Below are positions 1 through 9,586 of a DNA stretch of 32,000 nucleotides, one piece after another (position 1 is the stretch's first letter; the number at the start of each line of letters is the position of its first letter). A program made the position numbers and the translations under genes. Where the stretch lies: assembly GCF_000016745.1 (NCBI RefSeq), contig NC_009483.1:150001-182000 (forward strand), given 5' to 3'. The DNA is from Geotalea uraniireducens Rf4 (GTDB lineage Bacteria > Desulfobacterota > Desulfuromonadia > Geobacterales > Geobacteraceae). Under the pieces are notes generated by a model. It searched no databases. It saw nothing but the letters and a program-made list of their open reading frames with translations, and was not told the origin of the DNA.

Positions 1-11
1 TGCCATCATGT

Positions 12-3000
12 TTAAATGTTCGCGATAGTGACCGGGATGGAAAAATTCCTGGTCAGGTGCCCCTTGAGCATTTCCTCGAAGTCCGCCTCGCGGTCGCCGC
101 AGTAGACCAGGGATGAGGCGATTTCAGCCGCGAGAACGGCGTACTGGTACTTTGCCGGCAGCTTGTCGAGCCGCCGGCGATACTTGTCCTCGTCCCGGAG
201 CAGCAGCGGCAGATGGGCCAGAATAGCTTGGCGAAACAACGGCTCTACGCAAAGGTGGGGGCGCCGTTGGAAGAAGTTGAATAATCTGGCGTAATGGGCG
301 TTGATCTCCAGGCTGATTGCGTCCGAAATCTCGGTATAGAGAAGGTTGCAGCCCGGTTCACGGTGGCGCCGGAAGATCAGCCGCGCCTCATCCTCTGCCC
401 GCTTTTCGAGGATTTCGATGACATCGGCCACATAGCGCTCCTTGAGGGAAAGAAACTCATCTTCGCTCAAGAGCAGATTGGCGATGATCTCGTAGGATGA
501 GGAAATCACCCCGCACTTGTTGGCGGAGGCGTCGCGCATGATGACGATTCCCCGTCTCTGCATCTGGATGCGGGCCTCCGGGGTAATGAACGAATTGGCC
601 CCTTCCACGATGGCCCGGGTGGTGGGGGTGCCGTCCTCCCGGAACAACCGGTGCCAGTTGTGCTTGTCGATGGTTTCCGGCCTGCCGCCGGCGGGTATGA
701 ACAGGTCGGTGGGTACGGAGAAGAGGAGATTGCCGAATTCCCGGTGGAACTCGTCCATGGTCACCCATTGCTCTTCGGTCCCGGCCCCGGTGCTGACTAC
801 CCGTTTGAACAGTTCACGCAGCCCGTCGGTGCGGTGCTGCCGGCGATACAGTATGAATCCGCCGGGGTGAAGCCTGGTCGGGTCGAAGGCATCCAGATCG
901 TCTTTAAGCAGGATCCGTTGCAGTTCCTCCCGCTGCACACCTTCCGGGTCAAAAATGGCTCCGCTGCCGTCCAGCATGAGCTTGATCCTGACCTGCGGAC
1001 ATTGTTCCAGCAGAATGCACATGGCGTTGCCTGCTACGTCGCCGTTGGGTCCGCCGGTGAACTTGACCGAAAAAGGGTCTCTTCTGATGTCGATGCCCAA
1101 CTCCTGCATGGTGATCTCGGCGAACTTCACCACCCCTGTCGAGGTGACCCCGTACTCCTTGTGGTTGATGCCGACCTTTTTGCTGGAAATGATGCCTATC
1201 CCCAGGATATAGCCGCGCTTCAGCGATTGGCGGGCGATCATCTCGATCATGACATCGTGCATGTTTTCGTCGGGTCCGAGCTCGATCGGCTCATCCTCCC
1301 GGTAGTAGTCCACCACGCGCTGGTCCCGTGCCGTGCCCCCTTCGGTGACGAAGATATCGAGGAAGGCATTGAGAAAGCCGAACTGGAGCTTGTACAGCCG
1401 CTGCGTCAACAGGTCCTGATCCTCCAGGTTGGCGGCATCGAGGACCACCACCATCTTCGACCCTCCTTCGTAGATGTCCTTGTTTTTCAGGTGCTGGGTG
1501 TGGGCCAGCACGTACACCTCGCGGAACAGGGTGCTGGCGGAGGTTACATAGTCGTCACGGTTCCGGGTGATGATGGTGCGCCATCCCCCGCGGGCAATGT
1601 CGGAGAAGCCGATATGGTAGCCGGCGCCGTAGCGGCCGAAGAAGAAGGTAATCCTGAAGGGGACTTCCGTCGGCAGATCCGCGATGAATTCCGGGTTCAG
1701 TTCCGCGAGATAGGCGGGATCGAGGCGGAACGCCAGCGCATGCTTTTCCGGGACGTAGAAATTGGTCTTCAGGGTATTGCGAATGAAGGTGATGCAGCAC
1801 CTGAAGATCGACCGGCGGATGTCGTCGATGTAACGGTGACCGGTGTTGTATTCCTCAATGAAGCGGGTCGTCTCCTCGAGCATCCGCCGGTAAAACTCAT
1901 CCCGCCCCTCGATGCCCGGTTCGAATCGGGCGCGGAAGAGCGCTGACAGTTGCAGGGCGATATCGGGATGGGAATGAAAGGCCCGCATCACATCCTCATA
2001 GCCGAACGGATCCGGGTGATGGTGGGCGAGGTTGGTATGGCAGAAGGAGATGAACGCGTTGACCAGGGACCCCTCCTCGCCGGTCATCACTTGCCGCGTC
2101 ACGAAGTCGCGATAGGTCGGTGAGGCTGTGGAAAGGATCTGGGTATTGTAAAGCTCCTTCTGCAGCCGGTCAAACAGCTCAGACCCCTTTGCCAGCGAAC
2201 CGGCATCCCGTTTCCGCACATAAAAAGTGCCGAGAAAATAGGGGTGGACGCCATTGGAAATGGTCAGGCAGTAGGCCCGTTTTATTCCCAGGTTGAGGCG
2301 GTTGAACACCTCCATGATCTGTACCAGGAAATCCTTTTGCGGCGGGTTGCCGACGGCAAACATGACTCTCGTCTCGCCGCGCTCCGCCGGGCTCTCGGTC
2401 TCCTCCACATCCAGGTAGATACCACCCTGCCGGTTACCCTGCTGGTAGAGCCAGAGGATCTGGGCAACCCGCTTGGGGGGCGAGATACGGATGTAGCTTT
2501 CGCTGTTGAGCCAGAGGATACGCAGAAGCCCGTCCAGCTCCGCCAGGTCGAATTGCGGATAGCGGTTCTGCAGGGCTTCGATCACGCCGGCCCTGATTTC
2601 GGGGGGGATGGCCGCATCTGTAGCCCGGACGATCTCCTGGTGCTCCTTCCGGTCGAAATCGAACCTCTGGACTTCCAGTTCATGGGATAACCCCGGCACC
2701 GTCCCGTCGGAATGGGTAAACTGGGCATAGGAGATCTCCCGCTCCTGGAGGGTTCTCAGTGTATCGTAGAGCGAGCCGGGCAGGTTCAGGCGCGCCAGGA
2801 TCAGGGTTTTTTCCCGGTCGGCCAGGATCAGCCGCTGGTTCCTGCCCAGGCTCTGGAGGCCCGCCGCAAGTGATGCAATGGCCTCAACCTCTTCCTGCAT
2901 GGTAATGGAGAAATACGGGTCCATCTGTCCCTGAAGCCAGTCCAGATTATTCTCCGACCGGCCGCCGCCCTCTGTTATCTTCTCCTGAACCTTCTCGTAC

Positions 3001-3026
3001 AGACTGTTTTCGGTCACGAAATGCAT
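12..3026 (-). CDS. Large (~1000 aa) glutamate dehydrogenase, Glu/Leu/Phe/Val dehydrogenase superfamily with a long N-terminal extension
   Basis: 1004-aa ORF. The ATG at 3026 is preceded by AAGGGAGAG and lies 17 nt after the gabD stop. The C-terminal half carries a GDH-like Gly-rich Lys motif (YEGGSK) and a dinucleotide-fold glycine motif (FTGGPNGDVAGN). The N-terminal ~480 aa has no catalytic motif, as in the large GDH classes. Confidence 0.75.
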   Translation of the reverse strand: MHFVTENSLYEKVQEKITEGGGRSENNLDWLQGQMDPYFSITMQEEVEAIASLAAGLQSLGRNQRLILADREKTLILARLNLPGSLYDTLRTLQEREISYAQFTHSDGTVPGLSHELEVQRFDFDRKEHQEIVRATDAAIPPEIRAGVIEALQNRYPQFDLAELDGLLRILWLNSESYIRISPPKRVAQILWLYQQGNRQGGIYLDVEETESPAERGETRVMFAVGNPPQKDFLVQIMEVFNRLNLGIKRAYCLTISNGVHPYFLGTFYVRKRDAGSLAKGSELFDRLQKELYNTQILSTASPTYRDFVTRQVMTGEEGSLVNAFISFCHTNLAHHHPDPFGYEDVMRAFHSHPDIALQLSALFRARFEPGIEGRDEFYRRMLEETTRFIEEYNTGHRYIDDIRRSIFRCCITFIRNTLKTNFYVPEKHALAFRLDPAYLAELNPEFIADLPTEVPFRITFFFGRYGAGYHIGFSDIARGGWRTIITRNRDDYVTSASTLFREVYVLAHTQHLKNKDIYEGGSKMVVVLDAANLEDQDLLTQRLYKLQFGFLNAFLDIFVTEGGTARDQRVVDYYREDEPIELGPDENMHDVMIEMIARQSLKRGYILGIGIISSKKVGINHKEYGVTSTGVVKFAEITMQELGIDIRRDPFSVKFTGGPNGDVAGNAMCILLEQCPQVRIKLMLDGSGAIFDPEGVQREELQRILLKDDLDAFDPTRLHPGGFILYRRQHRTDGLRELFKRVVSTGAGTEEQWVTMDEFHREFGNLLFSVPTDLFIPAGGRPETIDKHNWHRLFREDGTPTTRAIVEGANSFITPEARIQMQRRGIVIMRDASANKCGVISSSYEIIANLLLSEDEFLSLKERYVADVIEILEKRAEDEARLIFRRHREPGCNLLYTEISDAISLEINAHYARLFNFFQRRPHLCVEPLFRQAILAHLPLLLRDEDKYRRRLDKLPAKYQYAVLAAEIASSLVYCGDREADFEEMLKGHLTRNFSIPVTIANI

Positions 3027-3043
3027 GTTCTCTCCCTTGCTGG

Positions 3044-4498
3044 TTAAATCCCACCCATGCAGAGGTACTTTATTTCGAGGAAGTCATCCACACCGTACTT
3101 GGAACCTTCGCGGCCGAAGCCGGATTCCTTCACCCCGCCGAAGGGGGCGACCGCCGTCGAGATCAGGCCGGTGTTGATGCCGACGATGCCGTATTCCACC
3201 GCTTCGGCAACGCGCCAAACCCGGCCGATATCGCGGCTGTAAAAATAGGCGGCGAGTCCGAATTCGGTGTCGTTGGCCATGCGGATCGCTTCCTCCTCGG
3301 TACTGAAACGGAACAGCGGTGCAACAGGTCCGAACGTTTCCTCGCGGGCAACGGCCATATCCCCGGTTACGTCGGCCAGAACCGTCGGCTGGAAAAACGA
3401 CCGGCCCAGTTCGTGCCGTTTGCCGCCGCAGAGCACCCGCGCCCCCTTGGCTATCGCATCGGTGATGTGCTCTTCGACCTTCTCCACCGCCTTCAGGTCG
3501 ATGAGCGGACCCTGCTGGGTTTCACCCTTCAGCCCATCCCCGACCTTGAGCTTCTCCACCGCTTCGACCAGTTTGGCGGCAAAGTCGTCATAGATGCCGT
3601 TCTGGACCAGGAAACGGTTGGTGCAGACGCAGGTCTGGCCGGTATTGCGGTACTTGGAGATGAGCGCCCCCTCCACTGCAGCATCCAGGTCGGCATCGTT
3701 GAAGACGATGAACGGCGCGTTCCCCCCGAGCTCCATGGCCAGCTTCTTCACCGTGCCGGCGCACTGCACCATCAGCAGCTTGCCGATCTCGGTCGAACCG
3801 GTAAAGGTGAGCTTGCGGACGATGGGATTGCCGGTCATCTCGCCGCCGATGGCCCCGGAGGCGCCGGTGACCACATTGAACACCCCGGCCGGAACCCCGG
3901 CCCGGGCCGCCAGTTCGGCCAGCGCCAGGGCGGAAAAAGGGGTCTGGGTGGCCGGCTTGACCACCATCGGACAGCCGACGGCCAGCGCCGGCCCTGCCTT
4001 GCGGGTAATCATGGCCGCGGGAAAGTTCCAGGGGGTAATCGCGGCACAGACGCCGATCGGTTCCTTGATGACCACGATCCGCTTGTCCGGCTGGTGCTGG
4101 GGGATGGTATCGCCGTAGACCCGCTTTCCCTCTTCGGCGAACCATTCCAGAAACGATGCGGCGTAGGTAATCTCGCCGCGCGCCTCGGCCAGGGGTTTTC
4201 CCTGCTCGGCGGTCATGAGCACGGCCAGGTCCTCCTGGTTTTCCAGCAACAGTTCGAACCACCGGCGCAGGACAGCCGACCGTTCCGCGGCGGTTTTGGC
4301 CCGCCAGGCGGGATACGCGGCATTGGCAGCTTCGATGGCGCGCCGCGTCTCGCTCGCGCCCATCTTCGGAATGGCGCCGATCGTTTCGCCGGTTGCCGGA
4401 TTGGTGACCGCAATGGTCTCGCCGTTGTCGGCGTCAACCCACTGGCCGTTGATGTGACATTGCTCGCGGAAAAGGGTGGGATCTTTCAATGTAAACAT
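3044..4498 (-). CDS. gabD: Succinate-semialdehyde dehydrogenase (NAD(P)+), aldehyde dehydrogenase family
   Basis: 484-aa ORF with GGAGG 8 nt upstream of the ATG. The N-terminus is typical of GabD (INGQWVDADNGETIAVTNPATGE). It has the ALDH catalytic motifs ELGGNAP and GQTCVCTNR. Confidence 0.88.
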   Translation of the reverse strand: MFTLKDPTLFREQCHINGQWVDADNGETIAVTNPATGETIGAIPKMGASETRRAIEAANAAYPAWRAKTAAERSAVLRRWFELLLENQEDLAVLMTAEQGKPLAEARGEITYAASFLEWFAEEGKRVYGDTIPQHQPDKRIVVIKEPIGVCAAITPWNFPAAMITRKAGPALAVGCPMVVKPATQTPFSALALAELAARAGVPAGVFNVVTGASGAIGGEMTGNPIVRKLTFTGSTEIGKLLMVQCAGTVKKLAMELGGNAPFIVFNDADLDAAVEGALISKYRNTGQTCVCTNRFLVQNGIYDDFAAKLVEAVEKLKVGDGLKGETQQGPLIDLKAVEKVEEHITDAIAKGARVLCGGKRHELGRSFFQPTVLADVTGDMAVAREETFGPVAPLFRFSTEEEAIRMANDTEFGLAAYFYSRDIGRVWRVAEAVEYGIVGINTGLISTAVAPFGGVKESGFGREGSKYGVDDFLEIKYLCMGGI

Positions 4499-4542
4499 GG
4501 AATGCTGCCTCCTGTGTGAGGTAATGAATTGCGTTGTTCAAC

Positions 4543-4606
4543 GTAGGGGCGGACACGTCCGCCCAACGATCTCCAGCCGGTGAGGGCGCATGCCATGCGC
4601 CCCTAC
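4543..4606. repeat. REP-like doublet: two GC-rich hairpin units in inverted orientation with GTAG heads
   Basis: Unit 1 is GTAGGGGCGGACACGTCCGCCC (4543-4564). A 19-nt spacer follows. Unit 2 is GGGCGCATGCCATGCGCCCCTAC (4584-4606), whose reverse complement is GTAGGGGCGCATGGCATGCGCCC. The livF stop codon (CTA on the plus strand, 4603-4605) is part of the second unit's head. Related units occur at 29552-29623. Confidence 0.6.
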
Positions 4607-5313
4607 AGTCCCAGGTATGCCTCGCGGATGGTCTGGTCCGCCTCCAGCTCCTTGCCGGTTCCTTCCCCGACGATGCGGCCGTTCTCCATGACGTAGCAGT
4701 AATCGGTCACCTTCAGGGTCTGATGGACGTTCTGCTCCACGAGGAAAATGGTCAGCCCCTGGCGGTGCAGTTCCTGGATCACGTTGAACACCTCCCTGAC
4801 CATGAGCGGGGCGAGGCCTAGACTCGGCTCGTCGAACATGATCACGTCCGGGTCCTGCATCAGTGCCCGGCCGATGGCGACCATCTGCTGCTCGCCGCCG
4901 GAAAGGGTTTCCGCCGTCTGGTTGCGCCGTTCCTCTAGTCTTGGGAAAATGGAGTAGACCTGTTTCAGGGTCTGCGCCCTCTTGCCGTGGGCCCGCTTGA
5001 GATACGCCCCCACCAGGAGGTTCTCCTCCACTGTCATCTTGGGAAAGAGCTGCCTTCCCTCCGGCACGAGGGTGATCCCCTGATCCACAACCTTGTGTAC
5101 CGGCCAGCCGCTGATAACGCCGCCGTTATGCTCAATCCGCCCGGAAGCGAGCGGCGCCAGGCCGCAGATGGCCTTGAGGGTCGTGGTCTTGCCTGCCCCG
5201 TTGGCCCCGATCAGCGCCACCAGTTGCCCCTTCTTGACCGAAAACGAAATATCCCAAAGGGCCTGGATGTTGCCGTATTTTACTGAAATGGATGTAACGT
5301 CGAGTACTTTCAT
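4603..5313 (-). CDS. livF: Branched-chain/amino-acid ABC transporter ATP-binding protein (LivF type)
   Basis: 236-aa ORF with Walker A GANGAGKTT, ABC signature LSGGEQQ and Walker B VIMFDEPS. Its start overlaps the livG stop (ATGA). Confidence 0.9.
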   Translation of the reverse strand: MKVLDVTSISVKYGNIQALWDISFSVKKGQLVALIGANGAGKTTTLKAICGLAPLASGRIEHNGGVISGWPVHKVVDQGITLVPEGRQLFPKMTVEENLLVGAYLKRAHGKRAQTLKQVYSIFPRLEERRNQTAETLSGGEQQMVAIGRALMQDPDVIMFDEPSLGLAPLMVREVFNVIQELHRQGLTIFLVEQNVHQTLKVTDYCYVMENGRIVGEGTGKELEADQTIREAYLGL

Positions 5314-6041
5314 GCCGCGGCCTCTCCCAGATAGGCTTCAATAACCAGCGGGTTCTCAGCCACTTCGGCCGGTGTCCCCTCGGCTATTTTTTCACCGAAA
5401 TTCAACACCACCAGGCGATCACTGATGTTCATGATGACCCGCATGATGTGTTCTACGATCAGGATCGTCATCCCCTCTGCCTTGAGCTTCAGGATCAGCT
5501 CGACCGTACGGTCGGCCTCGGTCGGATTCAACCCGGCCACGACCTCGTCGAGGAGCAGAAACGAAGGTTCCAGTGCCAGGGCCTTGCTGATCTCCAGGCG
5601 TTTGCGCCCTGCCAGGGTAAGTCCTGAAGCGGGAATCCCGGCGCGATCAGCCAGTCCGGTTGTTTCCAGAATCCGCCAGGCATGCTTTTCGGCGTCGGCA
5701 AGTTTCGGATGGCGCAGGAACGAGGCGATCACCACGTTTTCCAGCACGCTGAGGCCCGCGAAGGGCTTGACAACCTGGAAGGTACGGCCGATGCCGAGCT
5801 TGGCCAGATCATAGGGGGGCCTGCCGCTGATGTCCTGCCCCTTGAAGACGATCGAGCCGCTCGTCGGGGCGTAATAGCCGCTGATGACGTTGAAGAGGGT
5901 CGTTTTGCCTGCGCCGTTGGGGCCCAGGAGGCCGACTATTTCTCCCTCGTGAACCTGGCAGGTGACATTATTGACCGCCATCAACCCGCCGAAGCATTTC
6001 GTGACGGAATTTACTTTCAATAGAGGTTCAGCCATATTCAT
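5310..6041 (-). CDS. livG: Branched-chain/amino-acid ABC transporter ATP-binding protein (LivG type)
   Basis: 243-aa ORF with Walker A GPNGAGKTT and Walker B LLLLDEVVAG. Its start overlaps the livM stop (ATGA). Confidence 0.9.
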   Translation of the reverse strand: MNMAEPLLKVNSVTKCFGGLMAVNNVTCQVHEGEIVGLLGPNGAGKTTLFNVISGYYAPTSGSIVFKGQDISGRPPYDLAKLGIGRTFQVVKPFAGLSVLENVVIASFLRHPKLADAEKHAWRILETTGLADRAGIPASGLTLAGRKRLEISKALALEPSFLLLDEVVAGLNPTEADRTVELILKLKAEGMTILIVEHIMRVIMNISDRLVVLNFGEKIAEGTPAEVAENPLVIEAYLGEAAA

Positions 6042-7015
6042 TTCCCTTCTTCTTGTGGCGCTTCGGTTTCGAGGTCTGTTTTCGTTTCCCGCTTGCCCGG
6101 CATGTAACGGCTCAGGAGGGTGCCCCAGAGGCCGTTGGGCATAAAGACGACACTGATTGCGATGAGAGCGCCGAGGATTATGAGATAAAGGAGCTGGTAG
6201 TCGGAGAGATAGGCCCAGAAGATGGTCTTGAAGGTAAAAATGAGCAGTGCGCCGATAACCGGCCCCAGCAGGGTTCCCATCCCGCCGAAGACGACCATGA
6301 CCACGGCCTGGTCGCTCACCATGTCCCCCAGGGTGGAGGCGGGATCGATAAAGGTGATCCAGTATGCGTAGATTCCGCCCAGTATCCCGGTGGGAATCGC
6401 CGAGAGGATGAATGACTGCATCTTGAGTTTGGTGGGATTGAGTCCCAGGGCCTTGGCCCCCAGTTCATCCTCGCGGATGGCCTTCAGTTTCAGGCCGAAG
6501 GGCGCACACTCAAGAAGGAACCAAAGGAGGATGAAGGTCCCGCCGACGACGATGAGCATCAGGTAGTAAAAGAACTGGGGGTTGAGAAAGGCGGTAAGAC
6601 GCATGCCGTCGGGTCCGCCCGTAATATCCATGGTCAGGGCCAACTGCTGGATGGCGCGGGACAGCGCCCAGGTGGCGATGGCGAAATATGGGCCTTTCAG
6701 GCGGAGCGTGGGGAATCCGGCGATCAGCGCCGCAATCCCTGCCACAACGCCACCTGCGGGGAGGGCAAGGGCAAACGGCAGGTGCGCCTGCATCATCAGG
6801 ATGCCGATCGCATACGCCCCCATGCCGAAGAAGGCCCCGTGGCCGAAGTTCAGGTAGCCGGTGTAACCCGCAATGACGTCGAACGCAATGGCCAGGCCGA
6901 CCCACATGATGGCTTCCGTAATGACCCGGAGGAAGAACGTGTCATGAATTACCAGTGGGAGGGCCAGCAGCAGGAGTACAAGCGGCAGAACCCATTTGAT
7001 GCGTATACCTTTCAT
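6038..7015 (-). CDS. livM: Amino-acid ABC transporter permease (LivM type)
   Basis: 325-aa polytopic hydrophobic ORF. It starts 2 nt after the livH stop (TGAACATG), and the order H-M-G-F is typical of liv operons. Confidence 0.88.
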   Translation of the reverse strand: MKGIRIKWVLPLVLLLLALPLVIHDTFFLRVITEAIMWVGLAIAFDVIAGYTGYLNFGHGAFFGMGAYAIGILMMQAHLPFALALPAGGVVAGIAALIAGFPTLRLKGPYFAIATWALSRAIQQLALTMDITGGPDGMRLTAFLNPQFFYYLMLIVVGGTFILLWFLLECAPFGLKLKAIREDELGAKALGLNPTKLKMQSFILSAIPTGILGGIYAYWITFIDPASTLGDMVSDQAVVMVVFGGMGTLLGPVIGALLIFTFKTIFWAYLSDYQLLYLIILGALIAISVVFMPNGLWGTLLSRYMPGKRETKTDLETEAPQEEGK

Positions 7016-7017
7016 GT

Positions 7018-7902
7018 TCAGACTCCTCTACCAAAAAGACCTCGTGGCGAGATCAGCAGGATCACGTACAGGATTGCAAATACGGCGAGCAGGGTATGGC
7101 TCGGATTGAAGTAAATCATGAAAATCGACTGGACCATGCCGAGGAGCATCGCTGCCCAGGGCACGCCGGCCAGATACCCCATGCCGGCAAGAACGACGAC
7201 GAAAAAGGCGAATATGGTGTATTCGTTTCCCATCTGCGCGCCGATGGAGAGGATGCAGCCGAGCAGCACGCCGGTCATGGCGCTGATCCCCACATAAATG
7301 CCGTATACGTACGAACCGGTCCTCTTGCTGTTGACACCCATGAGTCCCGCTGCTTCCTTGTGCTGGGCCAGGGCGCGCACCCCCAGGCCGAAATTCGTCT
7401 TCTTCAGCAGAAAGTGGAGGGCGGCCGTGATCAGCAGCGCATAAACCAGCCCGACGAGACGGACCGTCGGTATCGTCACGCTGATGCCGTAATTGTCGAA
7501 GGTGAATGACCCTTCGGAAAACATGGAGGGGATTGAGCTTGAGTAAAATCCGAACACGGTCAGGGCGATTCCCCGGAACATGATGGCGAGACCGAAGGTG
7601 AAAACCAGTCCCATCAGGAAGGGATTCCCTTTGGTGCCGCTCAGCACCCGGTGTATTACCGGTTGGACCAGATAACCGATTACGAAATACATGATAAAGA
7701 TGACCGGCAGGAAGATGAAAGGATCCAGGCCGGTCCATTTGTTCAGGTAGAAGCCGGTAAAAGCCCCGAACATGATCCATTCGCCCACGGCAAAGTCGAT
7801 GACGTGCATTACCCCGTAGGTCAAGGAGAACGCTATGGCAATGGTAATGTAGATTCCACCGAGTAATATCCCGTCGGCCAGGGCTTGCGGAAGCAGTTCC
7901 AT
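7018..7902 (-). CDS. livH: Amino-acid ABC transporter permease (LivH type)
   Basis: Polytopic membrane ORF. I place the start at the ATG at 7902 (MELLPQALADGILLGG...), which has GGAGGA 7 nt upstream. The 23-aa extension back to 7971 in the track has no SD and is not hydrophobic. Confidence 0.85.
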   Translation of the reverse strand: MELLPQALADGILLGGIYITIAIAFSLTYGVMHVIDFAVGEWIMFGAFTGFYLNKWTGLDPFIFLPVIFIMYFVIGYLVQPVIHRVLSGTKGNPFLMGLVFTFGLAIMFRGIALTVFGFYSSSIPSMFSEGSFTFDNYGISVTIPTVRLVGLVYALLITAALHFLLKKTNFGLGVRALAQHKEAAGLMGVNSKRTGSYVYGIYVGISAMTGVLLGCILSIGAQMGNEYTIFAFFVVVLAGMGYLAGVPWAAMLLGMVQSIFMIYFNPSHTLLAVFAILYVILLISPRGLFGRGV

Positions 7903-8017
7903 AAAGCATTTCCTCCAGCTAAAACTTCCAAGAAGCTTTGTTATTGGGTGTCCGGATTGCCGGGCAGTCACGATGTTCCGGGACTGCCCGGCGCAAGACC
8001 GGGATTGCGGCTTAGGC

Positions 8018-9262
8018 TCAGCGGCTCTTCCAATCCTTCATGGGGTACTGGGCAGGAGCTTCCAGTGAAGCTTTCGGCCCGACAGTCATTATCTTGCTGT
8101 TCTGGATCTGTACGGTGAGGGGGGTAAGACCGATATTGGCATGGTAGTACTGACCGCTCGTTGCAAATTTGACCCGGCCGTAAAAAGTCTGGACATCCAC
8201 CTCTTCAAGGGCCTTGATAAGTTTTGCCCGCATACTTTCGGACATGCCGGGTGTCGCGCCTATCTTCTGCAGCGCTACCTGGAAGGCGATGCCGGCAGCC
8301 GAGCAGCCGCCCTGGGTGTAGTCGCCGGGATTGTTGAAGGCCTTCCTGGAGGCAGCTGAATAGGCGGCTGCAGTCGGCCAAAGGATCTTGCTCTTGGTGT
8401 TGGCGGTTGAGGTCCAGCAGGTCGTGCCGAAGATCTGCTCGGAATCCTTGCCCACGGCATCAATGAAGGCCTTCTCGGTGATGCCGCAATGCATTAAGAG
8501 GGCTTTGGGCGTATAGCCGATCTGGCGAAGGGCTTTGACCATCTTGACATGCTCTTCGTCGTGACCGCCGAAAGCAACGACATCCGGTTTCATCCCGCGG
8601 ATGGCGGAAAGGAGCGGGGTCATATCCTGACCGGAGGGGACGATGCTGAATTTGACCACTTTCAGCCTTGCCGCTTCTGCCGCTGCCTTGTATGCCTCAG
8701 CGGTAGCCTTGGAAAAGGCGTCATTGGAGCCGATGATAGCGATGGTCTTCGGCGCCGGCTTCAGTTCGGTCAAGGTCTTGATGGAAGCAGCGCCGGTGAA
8801 GTTGATCGGCGGGATGGTGCCGAACGTATAGTAGAATTTGTTGGTCCAGATGAGGGGGGATTCGGCGGAGCCGGTAATCATTGGCACCTTGTACTTGTCG
8901 ACCACCGGGGCAACCGCGAGGGTGACGCCTGAAGAGTACGGTCCAAGGATAAAGTCGACATTCTCCTGGGTAATCAATCTTTCCGCTGCCGCAGCTCCAG
9001 CGGCGGGGTTGGACTGGGCATCAGCATAAACGAGCTTGACCGGGTATTTCTTCCCCTTGATGACGATGCCTCCTTTGGCATTCACCTCCTGGGCCCACAG
9101 GTCATAGCCGCGCTTGGTGATGTTGCCGCCGGTAGCCAGGTCTCCGGAGAGTTCCGTGATTACCCCTACCTTGAAATAGTTCCGCGCTTCCTGGGCGAAG
9201 AGCGGGGTGACCAGCATCAGGGTGCAGATGAGGGCCATTACAAACAGTACACCACGTTTCAT
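8018..9262 (-). CDS. Periplasmic amino-acid-binding protein of the ABC transporter (LivK/LivJ family fold)
   Basis: 414-aa ORF with a signal peptide (MKRGVLFVMALICTLMLVTPLFAQE), GGAGG 6 nt upstream of the ATG, and the usual type-I periplasmic binding protein pattern (KVGVITELSGDLA..GG). The substrate cannot be read from sequence. Confidence 0.85.
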   Translation of the reverse strand: MKRGVLFVMALICTLMLVTPLFAQEARNYFKVGVITELSGDLATGGNITKRGYDLWAQEVNAKGGIVIKGKKYPVKLVYADAQSNPAAGAAAAERLITQENVDFILGPYSSGVTLAVAPVVDKYKVPMITGSAESPLIWTNKFYYTFGTIPPINFTGAASIKTLTELKPAPKTIAIIGSNDAFSKATAEAYKAAAEAARLKVVKFSIVPSGQDMTPLLSAIRGMKPDVVAFGGHDEEHVKMVKALRQIGYTPKALLMHCGITEKAFIDAVGKDSEQIFGTTCWTSTANTKSKILWPTAAAYSAASRKAFNNPGDYTQGGCSAAGIAFQVALQKIGATPGMSESMRAKLIKALEEVDVQTFYGRVKFATSGQYYHANIGLTPLTVQIQNSKIMTVGPKASLEAPAQYPMKDWKSR

Positions 9263-9362
9263 GTGTTGCCTCCTTTTGAGCTACCGCCTTGATTGAGTTG
9301 TACATCTACTTTGAAAAACGATTCGGCCGAATAATAAAACAATTTTCTATGCTGTAGAACTT

Positions 9363-9378
9363 AGCACAAGTCATGCCA
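9363..9378 (-). promoter_or_regulatory. Sigma-54 (-24/-12) promoter candidate for the ABC-gabD-gdh operon
   Basis: The minus strand reads TGGCATG-ACTT-GTGCT. The GG-N10-GC spacing is exact against the consensus TGGCACG-N4-TTGCW. It lies about 100 nt upstream of the binding-protein ATG, with a sigma-54 activator gene immediately upstream. Confidence 0.6.
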
Positions 9379-9586
9379 GATATATGGGAAGTGGCGGGGT
9401 ATAGCGAGGGGCAATTTTGCCGGTGCGTTGATTACGCAGCGAACAGGACGATGGAAAGGCGGAAAATCCGGGATCACCGCACGCACCTGATGTTACAGGC
9501 AGGCAACGGCGGAGAAAGTTTAAGGCGTGATGGAAATGTCGGCAGGAAATAAATGGAAACATCATTCGTAAATAGCGTATGCATGG

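Noticed and set aside
7028-7909. A 293-aa ORF on the same strand as livH but in another frame.
   Set aside because: The product is Arg/His/Pro/Gly-rich low-complexity sequence with no start context. The livH frame gives a coherent polytopic permease. This is an out-of-frame artefact.
9351-9366. A shared AAGTTCTAC 9-mer between the liv leader and the glmU-glmS spacer (21759-21767), as a possible common regulatory motif.
   Set aside because: There are only two copies, they are in opposite orientation relative to their genes, and both lie in AT-rich DNA. This is most likely coincidence.
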